Assembly (NCBI GenBank): GCA_013239625.1
Contig: MU054400.1
Coordinates: 4,651,802 to 4,715,801, forward strand
Direction of reading: 5' to 3'
Origin: Lama guanicoe
Taxonomy: Eukaryota
Length of the DNA stretch: 64,000 bases
The notes beneath the pieces are model-generated. The model was given only the letters and a program-made list of their open reading frames with translations, was not told the origin of the DNA and made no database searches. Both the position numbers and the translations under genes were made by a program. Positions 40,240 through 53,794 of this stretch are shown one piece after another (positions within the stretch are counted from its first letter, which is position 1; each line of letters opens with the position of its first letter).

Positions 40240-40597
40240 CTTTTTTTAATCGAAGTATAGTCAGTTACAATGTGTCACTTTCTGGTGTACAGCATAATGT
40301 CACAGTCATGCATATATATACATATATTTGTTTTCATTACATGTTATTACACGATATGGAATATAGTTCCCTGTATTATACAGAAGATAATTGTTTTTTA
40401 TCTATTTTTATATATAGTGGTTAACATATGTAAATCTCAAACTCCCAAATTTATCCCTTCCCACCCTCTTTCCCCCAGTAACCATAAAATTGTTTACTAT
40501 GTCTGCAAGTCTGTTTCTGTTTTATAGATGAGTCCATTAGTGTCCTCTTTTTTCTTTCTTCCTTTTGTAGACTCCACATATGAGTGATACTATACTG
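40240..40597 (-). mobile_element. Young L1 3' end
   Basis: atcgaagtatagtcagttacaatgtg...tctggtgtacagc...gactccacatatgagtgata; same family as 21419. Confidence 0.85.
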
Positions 40598-41864
40598 ATT
40601 TTTAAAACCAACAGCCTAAGAAACTGACAGCTGAATTCATTTTAAAAAATCTGCAGGTCATGTGGGAGTTATAAAAAAATAATCAATACTTGATTTTCCC
40701 AGTCCCTTTTCCTTTCTGTCACCCCCTACCCATGTCAGCTTTAAATGAAACTAGTATTATGCTGTATTTAGTTCGTTTCACAAATTACTACATTTACAGC
40801 TACACTTTCCATGCCATTTGGTTTTAGGGCAAGTAATATCATCTTTGAGACTATTTTATCCTTATTTAAATTCTGTACTGTATTGAATAGGCACAGAAGC
40901 CATAAATTTTATTCAGAATTCAAGGATGGGAAAGAATTTTAATCAACCTGATCGTTTTATATATTTTTTTTATAGTGGAGTAGCAGGTTTTATCACCTGG
41001 TCAATAATAGGTGTTTTAAATTAAATTGTACTTAGAAAAAACTGATACTGGAGAGAGATGAGGTTTTGATGTGTTTGGAAGTCCTGTTGAGGGCATCAGC
41101 ACCTGCTGTGGTACAGCTCTGTCTTCACTCCCTCGGCTGGACGGGCTGGGTGTCCCGGGAGAGGTTTCCGGGTGTGGCATGGATGTGTTTGTGTGTGGTG
41201 TATGAGATATGTGTGTTTGTGTGTGGTGAGTGTGTGTGTATGTAGTACGTGATGTATAAGGTGTGCGTCTGTTTGCATGTTCTCAGCAGGGGCAGTGGGC
41301 TCTCTAAAAGATGCATTCTCAATCTCTGCTCTAAATGGAGGGAGAAGGGTTTCTGGAAGCAGCAGATGGTATGAAATGTGCAGCTGTAAAGTTAGAAGAA
41401 AATGTTGTTGAGGACCAGATTGGTTCTCAGATCCAAGAAGGAGCATCCTCATAAAATCAACCCCTGAAAACTATAAACATCAGATAGCAGAGCCCGAAGC
41501 CACCCAGGAGGTTGAGAGGAGCTGAAATGAGCTCGTGTTCACAAACGTGGTGGCTGCCTGCTTTGATCCACAATCCCGCAGGAATTATGGTTGTTTTACT
41601 GGTCCGAAGCACTTTGTAGTTCCACAGATGGCTGGAAGAATTCAGTATCTTCCCCTTTTTACTTTAAGGTCAGAGGGATTCTAATTAAAGCTAAAGCTGC
41701 AATCTCAGTGACGCTGTTTAAATGAATTCACCAAGACCATAGATGTGGAATCCTTATAGAGGCATTTTAAGATTTTAATTTCCTATAGAAGTGTAGTATA
41801 TTATCAGTTGAGCTAGATAATTACTCAAAAGGATGATGTAGGGGGTCTGCCCTTATGGAGTACA

Positions 41865-42030
41865 TTTCTTTCTTTTTTTTTCCTAATTTTTAAAAGAATT
41901 GAAGTGTAGTTGATTTACAATGTTATTTTCAGGTGTACAGCAATGTGATTCAGTTATACATACACATATGTATATATATATTTTTCAGATTCTTTCGTAT
42001 ATGTTATTACAAGAAATTGAATATAGTACA
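41865..42030 (-). mobile_element. Short L1 3' end
   Basis: attgaagtgtagttgatttacaatg...caggtgtacagcaatgtgattcagttatac. Confidence 0.8.
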
Positions 42031-42523
42031 TTTTGTTTTTAAAGAAAGATTTTTCTTTCCTAATTATAGAAGTAATGAATGGTCATTTAAAAAAAAAAAA
42101 ACCTGAAAGAAGAGAAAAGTCACAATAATGCCACCATCCAAGAGAATCATTCTAAACATTCACCCATTCCCCAATAAGTGACTGATGTCTGAGCTGTGTA
42201 GGGTACGTGTGTTGGTATATTTCTCAGATCTCTGGTTCGTGTTGTGTGTATAAAGGCCAATATATTTCCATTCAACTTAAGATTTTTATCATGTTTCTTC
42301 CTTTAAAGGGCCCTTATCTGAAATCCTCAGTATGTCACAGTTCGCTTGTCTTCAAGGAGACCTGCTGTTAGAACAGAAATTTGAACAGAATTCTTTTCAA
42401 ATCCTGAAATATGTGAGACCCACTGTTTCAGCAGGAGTGACTTTCTGCCCAGCTGTTTTGTCGCTAAAGAACAACAAGACTAAAAAGACATTGTGAAAGA
42501 TTTAAAAACAAAAGCAAAAAACT

Positions 42524-42660
42524 GGGGGAGGGTATAGCTAAGTGGTAGAGTGCATGCTTAGCGTGCTGCACGAGGTCCTGGGTTCAGTCCCCAGTACCTT
42601 CATTAAAATAAATAAGTAAATAAACCTAATTACCCCCTCCCAAAAAAACAAGAAACCGTA
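42524..42660 (+). mobile_element. Vic-1-like SINE
   Basis: gggggagggtatagctaagtggtagagtgcatgcttagc...ggtcctgggttcagtcccc...aaacctaattacc. Confidence 0.92.
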
Positions 42661-44117
42661 AAACCAACCCTCCTTCTGGTTAATTGAAAATATCAAATTT
42701 ACCTATGTTTAAAAAACTAAATTACAAAACGACAGTGAATTAGCATAGCTTTAGAAACTGTTGATTTTGTTTTTTTTTTAAATTAATGTCAACAATTTTT
42801 AAAATGAGGTGTTTTGGCGTCTTTCGCTGTGATGTCTTTGTACTTGTTACATAATCTAGTAAAAGCCTTTGGACTCTAAAAAGTGGGCTAAACATCCCAC
42901 CTGGATTATATATATGTTTGGAAGCCTTTTATGAGAACTCTGGGTGTTAGCTTAAATTAAGTCTCCTAAAAGAGATGAGACAATGAATATATTAAGTCAG
43001 TTACTGCAGTCTAAGGTGTGTAGATTTTGTATAGATTTAGGATGGATAGATGTGTGGTTTAAGATGTGTAGGTTATATAATGCTGGTGAAAGCTTTTCCT
43101 GGTTGCTGTTAAGTCAGTCTAATAAGACAAATAATTGTAGCTGATAATAGGAGGTATCAGGGTGACCACAGAAACTAATTCTATGATTTTACACATTGTA
43201 GGACAATGTAGTCACTCACTTATCCGTGTCTTTCCTAAACCATGAGCCTTTTTAGTGGAACTGGTGTCTTAATCGTTTTGTAATCCCCAGGGCTGACATG
43301 CACTTGAGATATAATAATTGTTGAATTAATGAAAGATCCTCTCGCTGAACTGTTTTCCCTTTACACAAGTTCGTCTGGACTGTGACATACATACCGCAAG
43401 AATCTATTGCAGTTCTCCATCCGCATCTTAGCCTCACACAGAAATGAAAGTAGTCTGAAAGACTTTCCGGGAGCATTCTCATACTGTACCACGTTTCAAT
43501 TAAAATACTCCAGATTTTCAAAAAGCGGTCATATTTACTATGTATAAAATATCAGAAGCATTTAAGAAAAGACAAAATCAGGGCATTCAGATAGAACGTC
43601 CTTTTACTAAACATTGAATACTGGTTATGGCTTTTATTCCTCCATCAGCCATTTCTGGCAAATGCTTATATATTCTGGTGCAGTTTATGACCAACGCAAG
43701 TATAAGTGGTTCCTCCAACAGTGAGAGGCTGTGTACTGCATCCCACTAGAGGAAACCTGTGACTTTCTGAAAAGTTCCTCAAAACAGTGTGGTTAACCAA
43801 CGAAGAAATGCCGACGGGGAGATGTGAGATTTATTTTCAAACTGAAAACAGAAGTAAGACAAGTTAAGAACCTCTCAAGGATATATTTTCACTAACTACT
43901 ATTTACATATCACATTCCAACAGGTCCTGTCGTGATCATGTAGGGCCATTACTGTTACTAACATGGCTGCCTTGGTCTTCTGTTACAGATCTGTCACAAA
44001 TCTGTGTAGCGCGTATATATTCAGGTATTTCCTATTGCCATTAAATTTGATTGTTTTTGGCGGTTTCTTGTGTCTGAGGTCAGTGAATGTTTCTGCCCAT
44101 CATTAAAATGGTCTTGA

Positions 44118-44228
44118 TGGGCAGGTTATATATAGCTCAGGGGTAGAGAGCATATAAGCACGCACGGTCCCGGGTTCAATCCCCAGCCTTTCTGTTTAAA
44201 AATAAGTAAAAATTAAATAAAAATTTTA
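44118..44228 (+). mobile_element. Divergent short Vic-1-like SINE
   Basis: tatagctcaggggtagagagc...ggtcccgggttcaatcccc; flanks aaaatggtcttgat / aaaatagtcttgat (TSD). Confidence 0.8.
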
Positions 44229-44509
44229 AAAAATAGTCTTGATAGCGACACAGAATTAAATGAATTTTTGAAGACATAGAAATCAGCAGGTTCTTTTAGA
44301 CCCTGAACTTAAGGATGGCAGCAGTGTGTGTAAGTCCTCTGCTCTGATAAGACAAGAGTCAAGGACTTACTGAAACTAAGACAAATAACTTACAGGGTTT
44401 GTCGGCAAAATTTTGTATTACTCTATCCCTTCGTAATGATTTTAGCTCACTTGAATTCAAGACTGACAATGAAAAATTATAATAAAGTGCAAAAGTTGCT
44501 CATTAATGA

Positions 44510-44740
44510 TGGGCAACATTTCCTGAAAATTTGCGACATGTCAGTGTTAGTGTTTAGCTGCGCTTTCTGTGGGTTTCCCCGTCAGTCATCCCAACAATCC
44601 TAATAGGGTGATGCTGTTAGGCCTGTTTTACAGGTGAGAAAACTGAAGCTTGATAAGGTAAAGGGGTTAGTCTATGTCACACAGAGAGTAAGGGATAAAG
44701 CCAGATTCTGAGCCCAAGTGTGTCTGACACCTGGTCCCTG
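44510..44740 (-). mobile_element. MIR SINE
   Basis: ttttacaggtgagaaaactgaagct...agccagattctgagcccaag. Confidence 0.7.
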
Positions 44741-47011
44741 ACTTTGTGATCGACCCACCATTGCTAACTTTGTCAACATTCCAGTATCATACTGCAAGCT
44801 GTATGCACGGAATTGCCTCACCAGACCTACCCTGTGCTGTAGGGGTTCCAGCCACGTTTTCCTATGCATGTTAATTTCTTTAAAATACACTGTCATTAAT
44901 AAATGTTTCCCAGAGGTAGATAAGTGGATTCTAACATAGTTAATAAAGACAAAACACTCAGCCTGAATGATTTGAAGGATTATCTTTTCATTTCATGGAG
45001 CTTTCTGCAAATTCATCATTTGTCCTTATCTGGGGTTTTTCTGCAGTTTTATTAAGCATTGCCTTATTTAGTAGTACAGATAATGAATCAAATGGAATGA
45101 TACAAACTTGGGGAAAATGTGTAAACCTCACTTCTTAAGTATCCAGATTAAATACAGTCTAGTCTTGTGTGTTTGGATTTTCTTTATTATCACACTGTGC
45201 TGCGGGTTTAAGGATTGAGGACTTAGAAGATTTCATGTGATCTTAATTCGTGATTGGTCATATTTTAAACAAACTTGTATTGAGATAGAGACATTGTAAA
45301 TTTATAATCCCCCATAAGGCAAGGATTCTATCCAAATTATTTCAGTTGGAGTTTCAGAAGAGGAGTAAATATGATTAAGTATATAAATCTATTACCTTAA
45401 CTTAAAAAATTATACAGGGAACAAAATCCATTATCCAAGTTTTAGAAAAACAGGATAATGAAAAAAAACACTTGACCATAGCTCCACTATTTCAGAAAAA
45501 CTTCTGTCATGATTTTGAGGTCATAAATACTTGTTGACAATGAAGAGAAGCTGGTGAGCTCCCCAGATTTTCATTTTTAAATACGGCATGCATCAGCAGG
45601 GAAAAATTTCATAAATGCCATATTCAAGACTGTATGGTACTTGAGAATCCACGAGTGCATACAGATGTGTGTGTATACATGATATATACACATACATACA
45701 TTTCAGAAAAGTGTGTAACCATTCTTCCAAAACACAATTCACGCTTTTCTGAAAGTATTTTTGCAAAGTATCTACTTTTTAATAGCGAGGTGTGGGTAGT
45801 CCTTACAGACAATCCTCTCCTCCGGGCTCCTACTGGCAAGATGGGTTCTGTATGGACCACTTCAAACAGGGAAGGCAGGAAGACTGGATGATGGTACCTT
45901 TTAAACGAGAGTTTAAGAGTGGCTTAACGTTAACCTCTCCACCAGTATCCGAAATGCAGGAAGAAGGGCATTTTTCTATAGGATGAAATTGAAATGTGAA
46001 GATTTTAATTTGGTCCCCCCACCCCTGGTCTCCCTACCCCTCCAGGTGGAACTGGCAAAACAGCTCTGCTCTCCCGCAGGTAAACCATTTTCTGCACGTT
46101 CACCACCCACTCTTAAGCTCCCCACACTGTCTAGGTTACTGTCAGCTTCTCATTGCTTGCTTTTCAAATCTTCTTCCCATCTGGAAGGTATTGTCAGCTA
46201 CCTGTGTACTTTGCAGGCGAGGACAGAACTCCTGAAGAGCGGAGGTTGTCACACCAGTTGCTTAACAGCTTTTATTCAGAAAATCAGAGGCCCCCTGTCG
46301 CCTGGGCCCCTGCTTCTCCCAGAGCAGGCTCCCTGGTGAGGTGTTAGGAAGTGCTTAGCTTTCCAGTGCTTCCTGCCCCGACAGCTAAACTGTTACTCAT
46401 AATCGCAACTCCGGCTGTTACTTGGGATGAACAGATCTTAATGGATGCTTTAATTAAAATCCACATGTTATGGAAGATGAGCAGATCACGTGCAAGAGTC
46501 TACCTCCCTCACTTACTAGTTTCTTTCAATTTTAGGTGAACGTGGCCCAGGCTGGGAAAAACATGCTAGGCAGGCATCAGTCACAGTGTTTAGGTTTATA
46601 TCCCAGTTTTGTCCCTGCGGGTGATCTTTTCAGCTGTAAAATAGGGGGTTTTATCTGATCATCTGGGAGTTAAGTTTGAGCAATTCTACCTGGTCCTGTA
46701 AGACAGATCATTTTGCTGCCTTCCCAGTAAAGTATGAAGGAAGAGGGCTTTTTTTGGGTTTTGAGGGGGGAGGGGGTTTAGCTTTTTTTGGTTTGGTATT
46801 TTGGCTTTTGAGGAGTGTTTTTTTTTTTTTTGGTTTGGTTTTCGCGGTGCTTAACACATCCTCAGTATTTCCCATAGCGCAGTTGAATAATACACTCCAG
46901 CTCTTTGCCTAGGAAGTTGATTTTCAGTTAAACAAACCTGAGTTTTCCAGCGGCGAGCCTGGGTGTGGTGGAATGCGACTGTTTTAAAGTACAGATTTTG
47001 TTATTATTCGG

Positions 47012-47496
47012 ATGTGGTGAGGTTAACAGGTCACGAGAGACAACTGCCGTTGAAAAGGTAGTTTATTACTCACAGTTCCCATGGCGCGGGGGCGCACTGT
47101 GTTACGGGGCAGATGAGGTACATGATGGGAGGACACAGGGAAGCACCAGGTCGGTCAGGAGGCAGAAGGACTGAGGGAGAGAACGTGGCCAAGAGCCTTT
47201 ACTGTAGTTTCTTCAGAAAGGAACGGGCGAGACGGCGTAAGCAGGTTTCAGGCTGGTTAGCTGGAATTGTTTCCAAGGGCTCTGGGTAGAGTGGTGGTGT
47301 GGTGCCTGGCTCTGGGGTGGTTAAGACTGAGGAATAGAGGAGGTGGGGGGGTCTGTCTGGGCTCTGGATCGGTGGTTTGCATATGAAAGGTGCACCTGTG
47401 GGTGAGTTGTTTACCACCTAGGAACTGGCTGGCCCTGGGAGAACAGTCCTTCCTGGGTTGGGAGGATCCCGCAACAGAGCAAAGCATCAGAATATA
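47012..47496 (-). mobile_element. ERVL MER74-like solo LTR
   Basis: Minus strand begins tatattctgatgctttg...gccagttcctag...taaacaactc...cctttcatatgcaaacc...ccagagccc, matching recalled MER74. Confidence 0.75.
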
Positions 47497-47690
47497 GAAA
47501 GTAAAAAGGCATGATGAATACCCACAGTGTGTTGGCTTTGAGTGACAAGATGCATTTCCTTTTTCTCTCGCTGCCCACACCCCTCTCTCTGCACCTCCCT
47601 TCCATTCTCTTGTCCCATCCTGTCTCCCTTCCACCTCATCTCTTTTTGTTTTCCTCGCCCTTCCTTTTGGCAGAGGATTCAGATCAAGCC

Positions 47691-47833
47691 CGGAGTGGGG
47701 AGGGTAGAGCTCAGTGGTAGAGTCCATGAACCCAGGACCTTAGCACGCACAAGGTCCTGGGTTCAATCCTCAGTACCTCCCTCAAAGATAAATAAACCTA
47801 ATTTACCACCCCCACCAAAAAAAAAAAAAAAAC
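47691..47833 (+). mobile_element. Vic-1-like SINE with internal inverted insertion
   Basis: TSD CAGATCAAGCC at 47680-47690 and 47834-47844; poly(A) tail. Confidence 0.92.
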
Positions 47834-48046
47834 CAGATCAAGCCTGGAAAAGGCTGCACTGACCGGAGCAACCTGTATTCTCTTTTACCCAAATAATAAG
47901 TAAAAGATTCACAGAAGGTATTTAAATACCCAGTGTATGATAAAAGCAGTCACAATAAAACCAAGACCCTCCCTGCCATCTTCGCAAATCTTCTCCTTCT
48001 GAGCCACTGGCTTCCTCGGGAAAAGGCTCATCTCCTTCTCTAGAGG

Positions 48047-48247
48047 AGCACTGTCCAGAAGAGCTTTCTGTGCTGATAGAGTGTCTGTTTCTGCGCCGTG
48101 CAGTGCGGTAGCCGCTAGCCACGTGTGGCTGTTGAGCCTGTGAAATGTAGCTAGTGAGCCCGAGGAACCGAGTTTTTTATTTCAGCTCATCTAAAGCTAA
48201 ACTTAAATAGACACCCTGGCCAGTGGCCACCGTGCTGGACACACAGG
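48047..48247. mobile_element. MER3-like hAT-Charlie MITE
   Basis: gcactgtccagaagagctttctg...gtagccgctagccacgtgtggctgttgagc...ccgtgctggacacacag. Confidence 0.8.
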
Positions 48248-49245
48248 TGCAAAGACAGTCGGCCCGGAGAGTGCCGGGCGTTATTCTGAGCGCTTTCCTC
48301 GGGGCTCCATCATCTATGTGTCGATATACATTCTGCAGAAAACAGTTGGGAAGCCGTTGAGGAAGTCACCTGTCCAACATCGCACAGCTGGGAAATCAGG
48401 ATTCACGTGCAGGCAGCTTGGCTACAGGTCATCCTTTACGTCCCCTTTACTGAGCCTCCCTGGGCTTTGATGGGCAGGGTTTTCTAAACACTGGTCTGTT
48501 TTCTTCTCATGGGCTGAAGTCAGAAGGCTTAGGTTAGAGCCCTAGTTCTGCCCTTAAAATAGCTGTGTAATGTGTTTGTCACTAAATATCTGTGAACCTC
48601 AGTATCCGAATCCGTGATACGGGAGAGAGAATTCTGTCCCCTGGGATTTTTTTTTTTTTTTTTTTGGGAGGGGACAGGAGTGGCAGGGGTCCTGACCTTT
48701 TGTTTTCGTTTCTCCCTCCCAGCATTCTGTGGACTGCATTTTTCCTGTTCCGGTGTCTGTGCTACAAAATATCAGCTGGATAAGATTATCAGTAAAAGGC
48801 ACTCGGTTATTGCAGAATCAGGTGGATTTACATTCTTTTTCCTTTAAGACTGAAATGCTGGAGTTGATTCTTTGATTCTACAAGAACAACTAAACTTACG
48901 TATTCAGAGTTACCTTACTTACTCAGAGAGGAAAGCATGGCTTGTTCTCATTTGTGCAAGTTTTCTCTTTTGGGTAACCCTTCTGAGCCAGCGGTCCCCA
49001 CATCTGGCTGCCATCTTGAGGGGCGCAGCTTTTCCTCCTGGTGTGCACGCTCTGAGGTTCTCGGCTGGAGTCTCCCCATGGTGTTTCAGTACCTGCATCT
49101 GCTTTGGGGAGCTGCTGTCGGTGCAGAGTCTCCACACAAGGCTGTTGAGAACACACCTTTTGGGAACTCACCACTGAGTGAGGATTTAAGTTTCATGTGG
49201 TTGCTCGCTTTGGGCTATCCTCAGGGTTATTGAGAATAGACATCC

Positions 49246-49911
49246 GTCATAAAAGAAGAGAGGGAAGATTTTGCCGTTTGCAACAACATGGGTGGACTTG
49301 GAGGGCATTTTGCTAAGTGAAATACGTCAGATAAAGAAAGATAAATAGTCTTGTATGATATCAGTTATGTGTGGAATCCAAAAAGTACAGCAGACTAGTG
49401 AAGATAGCAAAAAAGCAGCAGATTCACAGATACAGAGAATAAGCCAGCGGTTACCAGTGGGGAGAGGAAAGGTGGGAGGGGCAAGACAGGGATGGGAGAT
49501 TAAGAGGTACAAACTATTACGTGTAAAATAAGCTGCAAGGTGGGGGAGGGTGTAGCTCAAATGCAGAGCCCATGCTTAGCATGCATGAGGTCCTGGGTTC
49601 AATCCCCAGTACCTCTCCCTCCCCCCCACAGAAAAAAACCCCAAAAGACTAATAATAAATAAATAAATAGACCTAATGACCTCCCCTCCCCCTCAAAAAA
49701 AAACACTGAATGTAAAACAAACAAACAAAAAAATAAGCTGCAAGGGTATATTGTACAAGACAGGAAATATAACCCATCTTTTATAACAACTGTAAATGGA
49801 ATGTAACCTTTAAAAATTGTGACTCACTATATTGTACCTTAACTATACTTCATGTTGTGCTGTAACTTATATGGTGTTGTACATCAACTGTACTTCAATT
49901 TAAAAAAAAGA
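49246..49911 (+). mobile_element. 5'-truncated L1 3'UTR hosting a nested SINE
   Basis: tttgcaacaacatgggtggacttggagggcatt...caactgtacttcaatttaaaaaaa; agacatcc repeated on both flanks. Confidence 0.9.
49541..49729 (+). mobile_element. Vic-1-like SINE nested in L1
   Basis: 16-bp TSD AAAATAAGCTGCAAGG at 49525-49540 and 49730-49745. Confidence 0.94.
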
Positions 49912-50607
49912 AGACATCCTTGAAGTCAAGAAAGATTTCTTGATACTGCCCACACTCTATTCTGTTTTTTAAATCGGCATTTCAGACAACTTAGTTTTAC
50001 AAACAGATGAGAATAGGAAAACATGCACCCTCATAAATGGTACATATTTCACCATAAAGTAATGTTTCCCTTCTCCTAGAGTTAAATTTTCTTTTAGAAC
50101 ATCTTTCATTGACTTGGCTTTTAGATTAGACGGCCCGGCAGTGGCGCCTTGAAAGACATCACACGGTGGGCCTGGTAACAGTTTTCCACATTTTATTTTG
50201 AAAACTTGCAACTAAACAATAAAGTTGAAAAGAAATTCCTGTGAGTACCATATGCATTACCTCGATTCAGCAGGGAACTTTTTGGTATGTTTTCTTTATC
50301 ACATCTCTGTTCATATCTATTCATGCACCTAGCTGTCTATCAAACCATCTTTTTTTTTTTTTTTATGCATTTCAGAGTAAACTGTGGATACCAGTACCTC
50401 TCACCCCTTAAACATGTCACCCCTTAGGGTTCAGTATTCGTTCATGGTTCTTTTTATGTGCAGTAAATTTTACAGAGAAACACACCCAGCCTAAGTGCAC
50501 CTGTCGGTGAGCTTTGACATACGCATATCCTGTAACCCTGTCAAGATGATTATAAAACATTAACGTTACGCCAGAAACTTACCGCCTGCTCCCTCTTAGT
50601 CATTTTC

Positions 50608-50686
50608 ACTTTTTTTTTTAAACAGAGGTACCTGGGACCTCGTGCGTGCTAGGCACGCACTTACCACTGAGCTATTCCCTCCCCCC
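50608..50686 (-). mobile_element. Short, internally deleted Vic-1-like SINE
   Basis: ggacctcgtgcgtgctaggcacgcacttaccactgagctattccctccccc; flanks cattttcacttt / catttccacttt. Confidence 0.82.
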
Positions 50687-50785
50687 ATTTCCACTTTGCA
50701 CTGTAGTTTTGTTTAAACTGTTCTAGGACTCAAGGTAGATGAAATCACGCATGATGCACTCTTGTGCAAAACCTCTGTTGTCACC

Positions 50786-51219
50786 TGTATTAGTGTGCTG
50801 GGGTTGCTGTGACCAAGTCCCACAGACCCAGAGACTCAAACAACAGAAACTGTTGTCTCACAGCTCTAAAGGCTGGAAGTCCAAGATCAAGGTGTAGGCG
50901 GGGCCGTGCTCCCCCGGAAGGCACTGGAGGAGGAAGTAATCCAGACCTCTCTGGTACCGTCTGGTGGTTCCTTGGTTTGTGACAGCAGAACTCCAGTCTT
51001 TGCATGGCGTTTTCCTGTGCATGTGCCTCTGTGTCTGAATTTCTCTTTTTCCATAAGGACACCAGTCACATTGTACGAGCAGCCCCCCTACTCCTGTATA
51101 TCCCCGTGTTACCCAGTTATAACTGCAACGACCCTATTTCCAAATGAAACCACATCTTGAGGTGCTGGGGGTTAGAACTTTGACAGGAATTTGTGGGAGA
51201 CAAAATTCAACCCCGAACA
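50786..51219 (-). mobile_element. MaLR MLT1(A-C)-type solo LTR
   Basis: TGtattagt...aaacaacagaaa...tctcacagctctaaaggctggaagtccaagatcaaggtg...aattcaaccccgaaCA. Confidence 0.9.
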
Positions 51220-51537
51220 CCAACAAATGACTTTAAGATACTTCTAGGTTGTTGGGTGTGTCTGTTCTGTGTTCTTCGTTGCTGGGTCATTTTCCGACAT
51301 ATAAGTAAACTACAGTTTGTTTAGTCATTATCCTGCTGGTTGGCCCGCATTTTGGCTGTTGTGAAAGCTGCTGGGAACCTTGAACAAGCCTTTCTGTGGA
51401 CATGCACGCTTGTTTCTCTTGGATACACACTTACTGAAATTCAGGGGGAAACCTCTGGGCTTCTGTTTCTGCATCTATGGAATGAAGATTATTAGGCTAA
51501 ATAAATAGTATTGAAGAAAATAGCTTCCTTCTACATT

Positions 51538-51571
51538 TCATCATCATCATCATCATCATCGTCATCATCAT
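51538..51571. repeat. (TCA)n trinucleotide repeat, about 11 units with one interruption
   Basis: Directly visible. Confidence 0.95.
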
Positions 51572-53794
51572 AACGAAGAGATGGGGAATTCCCCAGCACG
51601 TCAGGACTGTCATCTGTAGGACAGTAACCACAGTAACCCTTGAATATTTGCTGTGCAGACTTAGGGCAATGGAAGAACAAGTGAATTTCATTCTTGCCAT
51701 AAAATGAATGGCTCCTGCAATGATTGACGTTTGGCCATAAGCGTTCCTTTACAACATAGACAGTGTTCAGTGAAATAATAAGAAAGTCAGTTTCTGCTTG
51801 ATTCATAGTGAGAGAGAGATGTTCAACAAATGGCAGAGCTATGTGTGATATGTAGTATTCAGTGAGGGGTTAATTTTGCCGGGCAGATGAAGCACCAAGA
51901 AGGGTCAGGCAGATATGCCAAAATGACCCCCTTTGTCCCTTCCAGAAAAGAACTTAAATGCATTCAAGTTTCTTTTAGATTCAGCAATGATTACTTTCCA
52001 AGGGGTGAGGGGTGGGTGAGGGATGGCACTGCATTAGATGCCCGAGACCCCGAGGAGGGGCTGGAGTGAGAGACGACATGGTGTGGGCACTGAGCTGTGA
52101 ATGGAAGTTTTCTCTGCATCTGAAGCACAATTCAAGGGAGGGAGGCCTCTTTGGACCAAAGAAGGAATAAAGAGCAAAACGGGGCTCTGTGTGGCGGTGG
52201 CCGGGGACGCCTTAGCCAGGATGTGAAGTCAGCACGGAACCTAAAGAGAGGTGAAGGTGTCCAGCAGAGTGTAGTGGTGAGCAGAGAGCAGAGGGCTCCC
52301 ACCGCCCACACAGGATGAGAAGAGGGGCCAGATGAGAAGGTTGGCCCGCCAGGGGTCCAGGCTTCCAGACAAGCAGAGGATGCTCTGAAACCCTGTGTCA
52401 TCTCAGAGACTTGGGACCAGGAGCAAGGATGAGATGCGCCAGCACCCAGAAGCAGCAATACACAGGAAGGCAAAGACAAAACAATGTGTGTGTGTTATAC
52501 ATTTGTATCTATAATAAAATGAAAATAAATGAAATCCTTTTCAGGGTGTGCAGAAAAGCCTGGGGCCCGAGCCCGAGGTAGAGCTCTTGGGGAGCCTGGG
52601 AAGGAGAAGTTCCTCCACCCACGTGGAAGCCAGAGGGACTGGCCTCAGGGACGGGGGTTTCTCTTAGGGTGGATGTTGCGAAGGGTGTTCCTCTCCAGGC
52701 CAGAGGACCCCAGCCAGTACTTCCCCCCATATCCTGTGAGCAGCAGCCTGGAAGTGTTTCTGGGATAGAGTCTAGTCAGGAGGCAGCAATTACACACCAC
52801 AGACTCTTCTTCTTAAAAGTGGGCGACCTCTTCATGTCCCTTCATTTAGATCCTAAGCCGGGATCTGTTGGTCTCCCTCTAAGGTTAGTGATGAAATCTC
52901 AAAAGACCCAAAGCTTTACAGGGACAGCAAAGTAAAGGGAGCTGGGGAGATTGTCCTGGTCCCCAGGCCTGTGCGGGCAGCTGATGAAGGACAGGGAAGC
53001 AGGTGAAGTCCTCCAGAGCTGCAGGGAAGAGGGGGACAGGGGTCCCCGGGCAACCTCGGGGGCCAACCCAGCCGGACGCTCGCTGCATCCTGCCGTGGGG
53101 AAGCCATCAGCACCAAGAACGCTTCCAAGGTAGCTCAGGTCCTGAAACATCAGCACGGAGAAGCCGTAACAAAACCAGAGCCTTCCAGAACCCTGAAGGC
53201 GGGTCTTAAAGATAAGCATCACCCCGTGTGCAGCCATCTCCCTGCAGCGACAGACACGCGAGCCTGAAGCTGAGTTTCAGATCCTTCTGCGACAGCAATC
53301 TGCAGGCAAATCTAGATGAACTGCACTCCAGATAATCTCAGCTGCCAGTAAGCCCGGGGGCTTCGTGATAACCAAGATCAGGTTCTGAGATGACCGGGAG
53401 GCCCATGTAACTCTCCCCACGGGCGGCTCACTTTTCAGGCTACTAGTGACGGAAACGTGATGCTTTCTGGGGCCCGGAGCCCAGCGAGCGGGCGGGGGAG
53501 GCTGTGGTTGGTGGCTGCTCCAAAGTGGGCATTTGGTCAGATGAGGCTACCACAGCTCCAGTCAGGGATGCTCAGAGCCTCCTTTCCAGCCCGGTGAACG
53601 TCCCAGAGAAGAGAAAGGAGGGGCGTCAGCCTGAGCAGGCTTGGGGACCCCACCGTGTGAAAAGTGGGAAGAACCTGGCATAGATCAGGGTGGGTGAGAC
53701 TCTGGGCTCCGCACACTCATTTTCTTTAGCACCCCAGCAGAAATGGGCTCACCTCTTTTTTTGCCAAATACATACAGAAAAATCAAGATGACTT

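Larger units (their letters stand above)
50185..51430 (-). mobile_element. Old L1M fragment interrupted by a SINE and an MLT1 LTR
   Basis: ttttattttgaaaa...aaagttgaaa start; L1-like sequence resumes after each insert (...tttctgtggacatgcacgcttgtttctcttggata). Confidence 0.55.

Noticed and set aside
51497..51806. ORFs with poly-Met or poly-Asp
   Set aside because: Translation of the (TCA)n microsatellite.
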